The translations under genes and the position numbers were made by a program. Below, piece after piece: positions 7,474 to 16,800 of a stretch of 64,000 bases of DNA. Position 1 is the first letter of the stretch, and the number at the start of each line of letters is the position of its first letter. Under the pieces are notes generated by a model, which worked only from the letters and a program-made list of their open reading frames with translations, was not told the origin of the DNA and did not search any database. Source of the DNA: a virus. Location: the IMG/VR virus record IMGVR_UViG_3300045988_159115, one strand, 5' to 3'.

Positions 7474-10400
7474 TTAAGATTCGTAAATCTCTTTCAGTTT
7501 GCGTTTCAGTTCAACGATCACCTTATTGCCAAGAACGGTTATCAGAATTGAAGGAACCTGGCGTTTCAAGATTGAAGACGGTGGGATAAGGGAAGACACC
7601 TCTTCTTCAGGTCTGAATTCACTATAAGGCTCGTAGCCTTCAGGTATAATTTCACCAACGATACCCTTCAAAGCGGTGAAGTAGGCCACCTTGTCTCCTA
7701 CACCAAGGATATCACCGTGTTCGATATAGAATTCGATCAGTACGCTATCATCAACTTTCTGTCCTTTGATGACGCCGTAGATGTTCGGCTCGATCTTACC
7801 GGTGGTCTCATTGACAAGCAGGCCACACTTCACGATAGAAGAGTCCTCTTCAGCGTACTTGTCGAGGAATCCCTTTTTCTCTTTCACCGTCTTGTAGTAG
7901 TCGTTAACGACTTTACGAAGACTCGGACTCATCTCATCCAGTTCGACAGCTGAATAGATCTTGATCCCAACGATTGTACCGGCATACTTAGATCGAACGA
8001 CATTCTTACTTTCATTCTCCATGAGCTCTTTATTCTCATCAGAAAGAGTAGCAAGCAATTTATTCAGATCACTATCTTCGAATGATGTATCGTAGGAAAG
8101 CAGAGGATCGCCAATATGGACATGATCACCCACCTTACGCATATCATACACATTTGAGTTCTTACCAACAACTACTGATTTGCAGAAAGTCATATTGGCT
8201 TGTGCATCTCCAGCAAGTTTACGGGTAATAACGGTACAGTCGTTGTATGTGTTATAAGAAGAGATAATAGCAACTTTTTCCAGAACACCGACATTCATAC
8301 GAAGGCCATTGAGTTTATCTTCCTTGAAGAAGTCTTTGTGCCAAGCAAGGGCAGCATCTTTTTTGAAAGAATCACCCACTTTATACTTGGTCACAAGTTC
8401 ATTGGAAAGATAGAAACCACCGCCGCCGTTCTTTACGATATTCGGTGCAAGATTGATTGCTTGATGTTTACCGCTCTTATATTCAACCATGAGGATCTTG
8501 CTCTTCGGATCATAGTCAATGACTTTGCCATCCTCGGCAGCATTGACAACGAAATCCGTAGAAAGATCGAAGCGGATTGCTTCATCAGATCCATTTGAAA
8601 TAAGAGCAGGAGATGCATTCTGCACAGGAATAACATGCTTTGACTGCTTCACAGCCATTGCAATACGAACAGAGTCATCTCGAGTATTACCAAGAGGATA
8701 AAGAAGTTCAGCAGGAGAGAACAGGTTCACATCCTTCAGATCTTCTCGTTCGTTTTCTTTGATATCAACGTATCCACGTGCAGATGTGATATTCGGCTCC
8801 ATTGTAAGAGTACGATTAATACCACAGTTACCATCAGGAGAAGTGCTCATACCGATAACACCGATCATAGACGGGTCATAAGAACGCTTTTCCTCGGAAT
8901 ATGCACGATCAACGTTGACACCACGATATCCCTTTGCAGTGATATTACGATCTTTCTCAAGTTCAACGACAGGATTCAGTGTAGAATAATCTTCTACTGT
9001 CTGGAGACCCATCAATTCCTTGATAACGCAGTTTCTAGGAAGTGTCAGTTTCTTTTTACCGCCGCTATTCTTATAATCGAGATAAGCATTGGAAATCTGA
9101 TAATACAGAATAGCGGGAATGACTTCAGAAGAACGGACACGAGCAATACGCTGGCTAGACTCAAAGGTATAGCTATCGTCAACGAGTAAGCTATTTGCAT
9201 AAATGCAAAGCTCGATGAGATCAGTAGGAAGACCAATGTCACGAAGAATCTCTTCTGTGATAGGATCAATCATGAACTCATAATAGTTACCGATAGCGGA
9301 CATGATAGCCACTTTACCGTAGACTTTCTTGAAATAATCCACGTATGCTTCCGCACTATTATACTCATTGAGATCATGAGACTCTGTATCCAGAACCTTC
9401 ATGCCATTCATCAAGAGAGCTGTTGCCATATCCGCGTCATACAGCATATAGCAATCCTTAAACCGAATGACACCCTGACTTGCTTTTACCTGCTTCGGAT
9501 AAGACTTACTGAATTCATACTTCAGATTCATCTTCTTGAAGACTGATGTAATTCCTTCCCAATAGAGCATGTAGACAATTAGAGGCATTGTCTGACTCAT
9601 CATCGTCGCAGTTGAATACATGACCTTCTTGGTATTACGAGTCTTCAGATACTCATTTCGAATATCAGGAGGAAGCTGATCGACAAGAATATCGCAGATG
9701 GATTCACCATCACTTGCGGACTGAGTTTCGGAGTTAATCCAAATCTCTTTATTCTTATCTCTCCAACCAATAAAGATCATACTGCCATTATTGGTTTTAG
9801 GAGCTTCCAGATCATGATCTTCCACATACTTCTGTGCGTCTTCCTGACTAAAGAAAATCGTACAGGTAGGAGTTTCGAATTTTCGAATAACCTTGGAGAA
9901 CTCATCGTATTCCAAAGTAGTCAAATACTGCTTATTGGTGACATATACGTTACCAACTGTGAAATGCTTCATAGCATTCTCATTAGACGTAATGAGTTTC
10001 ATGAGACGCTCAACAGCAGAAATAGATTTTGCACCGGTACGACGGACGAAAATCTTATTGTAGTTGGAAACGATCTGTACTGTATCAGGGCCAGTCTTTA
10101 CGACAGGATATAAGAAATTCTGCTTATTGATCAGCTTCTTATTACCGCCGAGATACAGGAATTTATCGTCAAGGAACTTCGGAATATCAACCGTAACAAC
10201 ATGACGCTGATGCTTCTCATCTTCCAGAGTAACTTTCATCGTCATCTTGTAGTTTAACTCATCCGACGTATCTTCACTCTTGATATCAATGACATAGAAA
10301 GGCATACCCTTCTTATTCAGACAAGTAAAGTCGTTCATCAAATCAGCAGGCATAACATTTTCGATGTAATCCTTATTGATATTTGAGAACTTCACTGTCT

Positions 10401-11832
10401 TCATATTATCATTGATCGTATGAAGAGATCCAGAAATGTCTTTTTTCGGGATAGGACGCTTTGCAGCATTCATCGCTTTCACATCTTGGAAAGTCATATT
10501 CTCAAGAGTAATGGATTCCTGCTTCTTACGCATTTGAGCGTCACGTGCTGTACTAATAGGTTTTGACGGAACCGTGGTAGCTTGCATTACCTTATACATG
10601 CTTTCCACAAGTTCCTTATCATTATCAAGATCCATCTCAGACTTTGCCTTGATATAATCAACGGCAGCTTTACTTTCAGTAGGATCTTTTCCATTTGATA
10701 CAGCTTCGATCTCTTTTGTAGTCTCTTCGACTTTCTGATTGATCTTCTTATTGATCGTATCCTTAGCAATCTCAACTTCTGCTTTTCGAGCAATATCATT
10801 TCCGATATAAGAAGTCTTAGACCCTTGAGTATTCGTGATAGGCTTCGCTACCACAACTTTCTTTGAAGAAGTATTCTTCACCGTCACCGGGTTCTTTTTT
10901 GCCGCGGGCTCGTTCGATACTTTAATCGTCGAAGCTGCTTCAGGAGGCAACTCTTTTTGAACAACCGGCGTGGTATTATTACCAGTAAGATTATATCTAG
11001 TAGAAAGAGTAGCCTTAATAACATCTCTTTGCTCTTCATCTTTGACAGCCTTCGTATCTGATACTTCATCCCAGCGAGTAGACTTCTTAAATACACGATT
11101 CAGAGATGTTCTGAACTGTGATGCATTAACTTTCGCCATTTTACTAGGATTTACACGTAAGATATAAGAATCTGAATAAAAATAGAAATCAATATCCAGT
11201 TTCTTAAATGAAGGAACCTCATTCAGAATAGAATAATAAAATTTGAAAAGAATATTATTGATATTCTGAGTGAAATTCGTTCCAAAGTTATCAAAGAGGT
11301 CAACATCAACGAGGACAAACTTTTGCGGATACTGGGAGCACTGTTCTCCATTGATGATGCTGTAAAGGTAAGCCCAGAATAAGCTTACTTTTTTCTTTGG
11401 CTGCTGATTAATGGTACACTGGTCAAATACTTTCAGATACATTGAGAGATCAAAAAAAGTATTATAGTCGGGAGTCTTATTCAGAAGCATAGGAGGATGC
11501 TCATGAAGAGAACTACTATGAATTCTATCATAAAGATCCTTTTTTCCAGCTGCATCTCTGACATTGTAAGTTCGCCCACCAATTGTACCATGATATCGGA
11601 TGTTGTGGTACAGATAACGGTATTTACCATCTGCTGAGCAATTCTTCGTATTGGTTGCTACATGGATTACTTCAGCAGGCGTGGTAGCCATAATGAATGC
11701 AAGATTTCCATGCCCGGGTTGAAGTTTCTTCATCTTTCCAGGATGCTCTGGATCAGGAATGACAACTTCTTTCGGCAGATATGCTTTTCGAGCAACTGCA
11801 TTCATATATGGGAGAGACGTAATATATACCAT
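7474..11832 (-). CDS. phage multisubunit RNA polymerase beta-like subunit with a non-homologous N-terminal ~470 aa
   Basis: NPVVELEKDRNITAKGYRGVNVDRAYSEEKRSYDPSMIGVIGMSTSPDGNCGINRTL parallels RpoB ...ALGPGGL..ERAGFEVRDVH.sHYGR.CPIETPEG.NIGL. MAVKQSKHVIPV parallels MGANMQRQAVP. GDKVAYFTALKGIVGEIIPEGYEP parallels GDKMAGRHGNKGV.S.I.P.EDMP. Confidence 0.85.
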   Translation of the reverse strand: MVYITSLPYMNAVARKAYLPKEVVIPDPEHPGKMKKLQPGHGNLAFIMATTPAEVIHVATNTKNCSADGKYRYLYHNIRYHGTIGGRTYNVRDAAGKKDLYDRIHSSSLHEHPPMLLNKTPDYNTFFDLSMYLKVFDQCTINQQPKKKVSLFWAYLYSIINGEQCSQYPQKFVLVDVDLFDNFGTNFTQNINNILFKFYYSILNEVPSFKKLDIDFYFYSDSYILRVNPSKMAKVNASQFRTSLNRVFKKSTRWDEVSDTKAVKDEEQRDVIKATLSTRYNLTGNNTTPVVQKELPPEAASTIKVSNEPAAKKNPVTVKNTSSKKVVVAKPITNTQGSKTSYIGNDIARKAEVEIAKDTINKKINQKVEETTKEIEAVSNGKDPTESKAAVDYIKAKSEMDLDNDKELVESMYKVMQATTVPSKPISTARDAQMRKKQESITLENMTFQDVKAMNAAKRPIPKKDISGSLHTINDNMKTVKFSNINKDYIENVMPADLMNDFTCLNKKGMPFYVIDIKSEDTSDELNYKMTMKVTLEDEKHQRHVVTVDIPKFLDDKFLYLGGNKKLINKQNFLYPVVKTGPDTVQIVSNYNKIFVRRTGAKSISAVERLMKLITSNENAMKHFTVGNVYVTNKQYLTTLEYDEFSKVIRKFETPTCTIFFSQEDAQKYVEDHDLEAPKTNNGSMIFIGWRDKNKEIWINSETQSASDGESICDILVDQLPPDIRNEYLKTRNTKKVMYSTATMMSQTMPLIVYMLYWEGITSVFKKMNLKYEFSKSYPKQVKASQGVIRFKDCYMLYDADMATALLMNGMKVLDTESHDLNEYNSAEAYVDYFKKVYGKVAIMSAIGNYYEFMIDPITEEILRDIGLPTDLIELCIYANSLLVDDSYTFESSQRIARVRSSEVIPAILYYQISNAYLDYKNSGGKKKLTLPRNCVIKELMGLQTVEDYSTLNPVVELEKDRNITAKGYRGVNVDRAYSEEKRSYDPSMIGVIGMSTSPDGNCGINRTLTMEPNITSARGYVDIKENEREDLKDVNLFSPAELLYPLGNTRDDSVRIAMAVKQSKHVIPVQNASPALISNGSDEAIRFDLSTDFVVNAAEDGKVIDYDPKSKILMVEYKSGKHQAINLAPNIVKNGGGGFYLSNELVTKYKVGDSFKKDAALAWHKDFFKEDKLNGLRMNVGVLEKVAIISSYNTYNDCTVITRKLAGDAQANMTFCKSVVVGKNSNVYDMRKVGDHVHIGDPLLSYDTSFEDSDLNKLLATLSDENKELMENESKNVVRSKYAGTIVGIKIYSAVELDEMSPSLRKVVNDYYKTVKEKKGFLDKYAEEDSSIVKCGLLVNETTGKIEPNIYGVIKGQKVDDSVLIEFYIEHGDILGVGDKVAYFTALKGIVGEIIPEGYEPYSEFRPEEEVSSLIPPSSILKRQVPSILITVLGNKVIVELKRKLKEIYES

Positions 11833-11880
11833 CTATTTCGTATCTCCTTTCTTAAATTACGTAATTCTAGAGGCTTACAA

Positions 11881-11895
11881 GTTTGTTTTCAGGCC
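11881..11895 (-). promoter_or_regulatory. class I promoter-like motif GGCCTGAAAACAAAC
   Basis: Sits between terminator 11912-11946 and the SD/ATG of the beta gene (48 nt upstream); one of at least 10 similar sites. Confidence 0.5.
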
Positions 11896-11911
11896 ATATT
11901 TCTATGATCCG

Positions 11912-11946
11912 AAAAAAGGGATACCTAACTGGCTGTTAGGTCCCTT
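11912..11946 (-). terminator. rho-independent terminator after gene 11994..12524
   Basis: On the - strand: AAGGGACCTAAC-loop-GTTAGGTATCCCTT followed by TTTTTTCGG. Confidence 0.7.
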
Positions 11947-11993
11947 CTTTTGATTATGCCACGCAAGGACTATCATCCTCACTGGCAACCTCA

Positions 11994-12524
11994 TTAGAAT
12001 TTGATTTCCTCAATGCGGTACAGCTTGTACATCGAAATGTCCTGCTCATACCGCATGAGGTAGCTGACAGACTTCACATTCCGGCTGGCGACCTTAATAT
12101 TGATAATACGGTCCTTGCCATCAATGTCATCATCAATGCTAAATGCGGATTCATCAAAATCGTCATCAGCAAACCAACTGGTCATGCTGAGGAGATTAAG
12201 GAAATCCTGAACATCGTGCGGATGGAAGTACGTGACATCGTCGTACTCCATATGATTGGTATCGGTATCGCCGACCCACTGGCCGCGATACATTTGCTCA
12301 ACCTTATGGTAGCCATCCAGCTTCATAATAGGCGTCGTAAACTTAGCCCGCGGAGAATCGGTTGGGCAATTGATCGGAGTAAGAATGGTGTAACCATTGG
12401 TCTCCACGGTATCAGACTTGGAACGCGCGATATACAGCACAGTAGTTCCGCAGTCCTCAACCTTCATCAACCGAGTCTTTGCGCGGTCGTCGATGATATT
12501 TTCCGATACATAAACCTTCTTCAT
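11994..12524 (-). CDS. hypothetical protein
   Basis: ORF 11994..12566; preferred start is the ATG at 12524, which has an AAGGAG SD 6 nt upstream. Confidence 0.65.
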   Translation of the reverse strand: MKKVYVSENIIDDRAKTRLMKVEDCGTTVLYIARSKSDTVETNGYTILTPINCPTDSPRAKFTTPIMKLDGYHKVEQMYRGQWVGDTDTNHMEYDDVTYFHPHDVQDFLNLLSMTSWFADDDFDESAFSIDDDIDGKDRIINIKVASRNVKSVSYLMRYEQDISMYKLYRIEEIKF

Positions 12525-12608
12525 AATGAACTCCTTCCGATCCTTTTTATCTTGAGGATCATACAAATGATATTTGACAGAGTACTCTTCTTCCTCTATC
12601 TTCTACCT

Positions 12609-12624
12609 GTATAATATATCATTA
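12609..12624 (-). promoter_or_regulatory. exact 16-mer TATAATATATCATTAT (class II AT-rich box), copy 1 of 3
   Basis: Identical 16-mers at 20825-20840 and 21163-21178; each lies upstream of a - strand gene and after a hairpin. Orientation is uncertain because the sequence is near-palindromic. Confidence 0.45.
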
Positions 12625-12645
12625 TACTAATAGGATATACGGCCA

Positions 12646-12690
12646 TAACATCCGCATGGACAACTTACGGGAAAGCGTCCATGCGGATGT
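12646..12690 (-). terminator. 15-bp perfect hairpin downstream of nrdG (no clear U-tract)
   Basis: AACATCCGCATGGAC / GTCCATGCGGATGTT. Confidence 0.45.
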
Positions 12691-12722
12691 TACTTTGTAT
12701 AAAAAAACAAGGAGAAAGTTAA

Positions 12723-13400
12723 TCAAAGAGATTTCTGGTCAATCTCGACGATTACGTTTTTGTTAATGTAATCAACGATGTTCTGAATCTCAGCTGCATT
12801 CATCGAATTATGATTTCCACGAACGTAGCACATCACTTCATTATTGATGTAGTTATAATGGGTTTTCTTCATATCAATGATTCTCTGGTTGCTACTTCCA
12901 CAGAACTTCAAATGAAAGTCTTTCTTATCTTCTTCATACTGACCATCAACCAAATGATCTACGAAATACAGCATGCTCATAATCTGAGCTTCTTTATCAT
13001 CCGTAGTATATTTGGATCTCTGATTCAGAGATTTAAACTCCAGAAGTGCTTTAAGAATGATATCAGTAAGAGAATACCCAGTATAAAGCCAGATATCCAT
13101 TTTCTTATAGATAAGATCGGCATCTTCTTTAATATGAAGAACGAGATTTGTCAGATCGTAGATATTACACCATTCCAGAGGTTCTCCACCCAGAATGGAG
13201 AATCTATGGATATAAGGTCTATCAACGAGGGAACGGATTTTTGTTTCCGTTTCTGTGGTGTATTCTTTACCACCATTGAAATCCCATGTGACTTGATTAA
13301 AGCAATTCTTACAATGGAAGTGGCATCCTTGTGTGAAGAGGGAAACTCCAACGCCGTAGCCATTGCTAACATCCATTTCTCGAATAGATGCATATCTCAT
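12723..13400 (-). CDS. nrdG: anaerobic ribonucleotide reductase activating protein (radical SAM)
   Basis: N-terminal ...VSNGYGVGVSLFTQGCHFHCKNCFN contains the CxxxCxxC cluster; lies immediately downstream of nrdD; its SD GAGGAGAAAGAG lies inside nrdD exon 2. Confidence 0.85.
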   Translation of the reverse strand: MRYASIREMDVSNGYGVGVSLFTQGCHFHCKNCFNQVTWDFNGGKEYTTETETKIRSLVDRPYIHRFSILGGEPLEWCNIYDLTNLVLHIKEDADLIYKKMDIWLYTGYSLTDIILKALLEFKSLNQRSKYTTDDKEAQIMSMLYFVDHLVDGQYEEDKKDFHLKFCGSSNQRIIDMKKTHYNYINNEVMCYVRGNHNSMNAAEIQNIVDYINKNVIVEIDQKSL

Positions 13401-13404
13401 AAAA

Positions 13405-13514
13405 TCACTCTTTCTCCTCTACTTCTTCACCATCAGCAGCAATATCTGTCAGATGCACATAACGGTTTCTAATCTCATCGGTACGACCCTGAGACCAGAA
13501 GTGAGTTCCAATAT
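13405..13514 (-). CDS. nrdD: nrdD exon 2 (C-terminal tail following the glycyl-radical Gly)
   Basis: Encodes (Y)IGTHFWSQGRTDEIRNRYVHLTDIAADGEEVEEKE*. Joined to 13826 it gives RRTCG-Y-IGT, which parallels the canonical RRxCGYLG...GK..E...R..H. Exon lengths are 3205 + 110 = 3315 nt, which is in frame. Confidence 0.85.
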
Positions 13515-13825
13515 CCTTTATACCCTCGGTTTCCCGATATTTAAGTACGGGAGTAGACTATACCATACTTGCTTAGTGACTTCACTAAGTAGCGCCCGTA
13601 TTATAGTCGTTGAACGTCCTTCCCTAAGTGGAATAAATCCATACGAGTATTTCTACTCGCAGAAGTTTCGATGCGATGATTATCCAATCTCTAAGTCTTT
13701 TTACCATACCTGATTCTGTTAAAATCAGCCATATAGTTGTCGCCATATCTATACTTGGTAACCTAGAGCTCTAAGGAACTTCCCGCAGTTTAACAGGTTT
13801 AACGTGGACTATATTGAATAATTCA
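13515..13825 (-). ncRNA. group I self-splicing intron in nrdD (311 nt, no ORF)
   Basis: The 5' exon ends GUGGAU. The internal guide sequence CAAUAU-A-GUCCAC (13816-13804) can form P1 with the exon (U.G at the splice site) and P10 with the 3' exon AUAUUG. The intron ends in G. There is a P7-like pair GACUA (13608-13604) / UAGUC (13560-13556). Confidence 0.85.
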
Positions 13826-16800
13826 ATCCACAGGTGCGTCGAGCGACGCTCATCTTATGCTGATCACGATTGCCGCAATTCGGGCATTCCCAAACCAACT
13901 TGCCACCATCATCAACTACTTTGATTTCTCCATCGTAGCCGCAGTTCATGCAATAGTCAGACTTGATATTGAGCTCTGCATACATGATATTCTCATAGAT
14001 ACACTGCATAACTTCAAGAACTGCAGGAATATTATGAGTCAAATCAGAGCATTCAATATAACTGATAGCACCGCCCGGAGAAAGCTTCTGGAATTCAGCT
14101 TCCTGAATGAGCTTATCGAACGGATTAATCTTTTCAAAGACGGCAGTGTGATAGCTATTAGTGATATAATTACGATCTTTGCCATCAAGCTTAATAAAAA
14201 CGTCATCCCCAAAACGTTTCTTAAGGCAGCGAGCGAACTTGTAAGTGGTATTCTCAATCGGGGTACCATACAGAGAATAATCAATATGCTCTGCTGTCTT
14301 CCACTGATTGCACTTATCATTCAGAGCCTGCATGACCTTAAGGCCAAATTCTCTACCAACGCCTTTATCCATATGAGAATGGCCAGTCATATACTTGACA
14401 CACTCATACAGACCCGCATAGCCAAGCGAGATAGTAGAGTATCCATTAAACATGATATCGCCGATCTTAGCATCCATAGGAAGTCGTGCGAATGCACCAT
14501 GACGCCAAAGAATAGGAGCAACATTAACAGATGTATCCTTGATACGATCAATACGTGCACGCAATGCTCGATGGCAAAGCTCAGTACGCTCTTCAAAGAG
14601 CTGCCAGAATTTATCGTAGTCTCCACCAGAAGAGAAAGCCAGATCAGGGAGAGAAATGGTTACGACGCCACAATTAAATCTTCCATAATACTTTCCCTTG
14701 CCGGTTTTCGGATCTTTATATGGAGTAAGGAAACTGCGGCAGTTATGGCTGTAAATACCAGAAATAGTGAAATGCTCACTTCCAGTTGTTACGTCATAAG
14801 TATCTTCTTTCCGTTCAAGCATATGAGATTCTACGATATGGCACTGAAGTTTATTATTTAAACTAGCAAGATTCATTTCGTGCTTGATATAGTGATTCCG
14901 CTTTTTCTCAGACACGAGATTTTTGACAATTTCATCTGTAGCAATAAAGCAAACTTGATAACGAATGGTATCATACCGGCCAGTGCCTTTATAATGATTT
15001 TGATACATCGTAGCAGGGATGCCCAGCGACTGCGCCAGCATCATTTGCTGAATAGCAAGCTCTTTATTGGTCGATCCAATTTGGACAGCAGTGAATTTCC
15101 CATTCGAATTATTAAGGTATCCATCAGCATCAATCATGCCGCAAAGGAAACCAATGCGAGCAGATCTATTCGATGTAAAGATATCGGACGGAATATGACG
15201 GTTTAACTTAATAATTCCGCCGAATTCTTTAATCATTATATCAGCAAATTTAGGAATGGCAATTCCATCATCGGTAGCCACAGAAACGATATCTTTGTAA
15301 ATTCCTTTTCTTTCACGATTCTGATTTACTACTTTCGTGGTAATTCCATAGAATCGCTTCAGCCGCTCTTGGAGAGCTCCGATAATATCATCTTCACCCT
15401 CATTTGCTAACGAAACCGCCAGCTTTTTAATGTAAGACGAATCGCAAATCAGAATGCCAAGAAGCCAAGCCAACTCAGGATCATAATCATTATTTTCATC
15501 ACTGATATGAGATTTGATATCAACCTGAATCATGTCGTCTTCTTTTAAATCTTTTGCAAAAACGACTCCACGGTTTTCCGTTTCAAACGGATGATCCGGT
15601 GTGACATCGAGGCATCTTCCGTTATTGAACTTGATTCTCATAACGTCGCACTTCGAATTTCGAATGATTCGATAACACAGAGTCCAACCGTTCACATGAT
15701 CATAGATCATCACGTCTTTCAAATCCATGTACCAATCATTTTCACGACCGGGCTGAAGCTTTACTTCAAAGAAGGGCATGAGGCGCCACCACATTCGGCC
15801 AATTCCTTCAACGTAAGTATTCTTCATGAATTTATAGGTTACTACTTCATCACCGACCGCACATCCCATGCATGGATACACGTCGCCCTTCAGCTGTTTC
15901 ATTACTTTTGCTGAAATATAGTCAGGAACCATGCGTTTGGCCGTGCATTGTGCAGCTAAAACAGTGGTACTCCAGTACTTTGTGCCAGGTTTAATATTGT
16001 CTTCATCGAGGACATAGATGAGCTTCGGGAATGCAGGAGTAATCCATGCACCCTGCTCATTCTTCATGCCCTGAATACGCTGGCGGAGGAATTCTTCGAT
16101 GATCATGACAAGTTCGTCACGGTATTCATCAGTTTCATCAATATACATGAAGACGGTGAGGAACGGAGCCTGTCCATTGGTTGTAGACATAGAGTTCACC
16201 TGATAGATAAAAGTCTGGCAACCATCTTCGACTTCTTTACGAGTATCAAGCTCAGCAAACTTAGCTGCTTTTCGTTCATCAAAGCCCCAGCTAAGATATT
16301 TCTTCAGATAGATATTATAGGAGTCTCTCACGAACGGTGCGAGATGTGTCAGAGTGATAGATATGCCACCGTACTGGGAAGAAGTGACTGCCGTAATGAT
16401 CTGAGTAGAGATCGTGGCGGCAGTAATAAAACGATGCGGTTTGTCGATTTTGGTACCATTGATAACAGTACCATTCTGAAGCATATCATCAAGATTGCAG
16501 AGTGAGCAGTTGGTAAGAACACTCTGTGCATAATAATCCGCATCATGGAAATGAATAATTCCGGCGTCATGTGCATCCACAACTTCCTTGGGAAGCAGAA
16601 TACGCCGGGTAACATCCTTTGAAGTAATACCAGCGATATAATCACGCTGGACAGAAACGATTTCGGGGTCCTTATTGGAATTCTCTTCGTTCACTTCTTC
16701 ATTCGTGTGATTGAGAAGTTCCATAATTGCATTATCCGTGGTATTGTGAGAATCACGGACAAGAGATCTCTTAAAACGATACTCCGTATAGGCCTTCGCA

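Noticed and set aside
12630-12640. Shared 11-mer AGGATATACGG at 12630-12640 and 22200-22210, next to AT-rich boxes, as a second promoter element
   Set aside because: 11-mer coincidences are expected hundreds of times in 64 kb, and the element is absent from the other AT-box sites.
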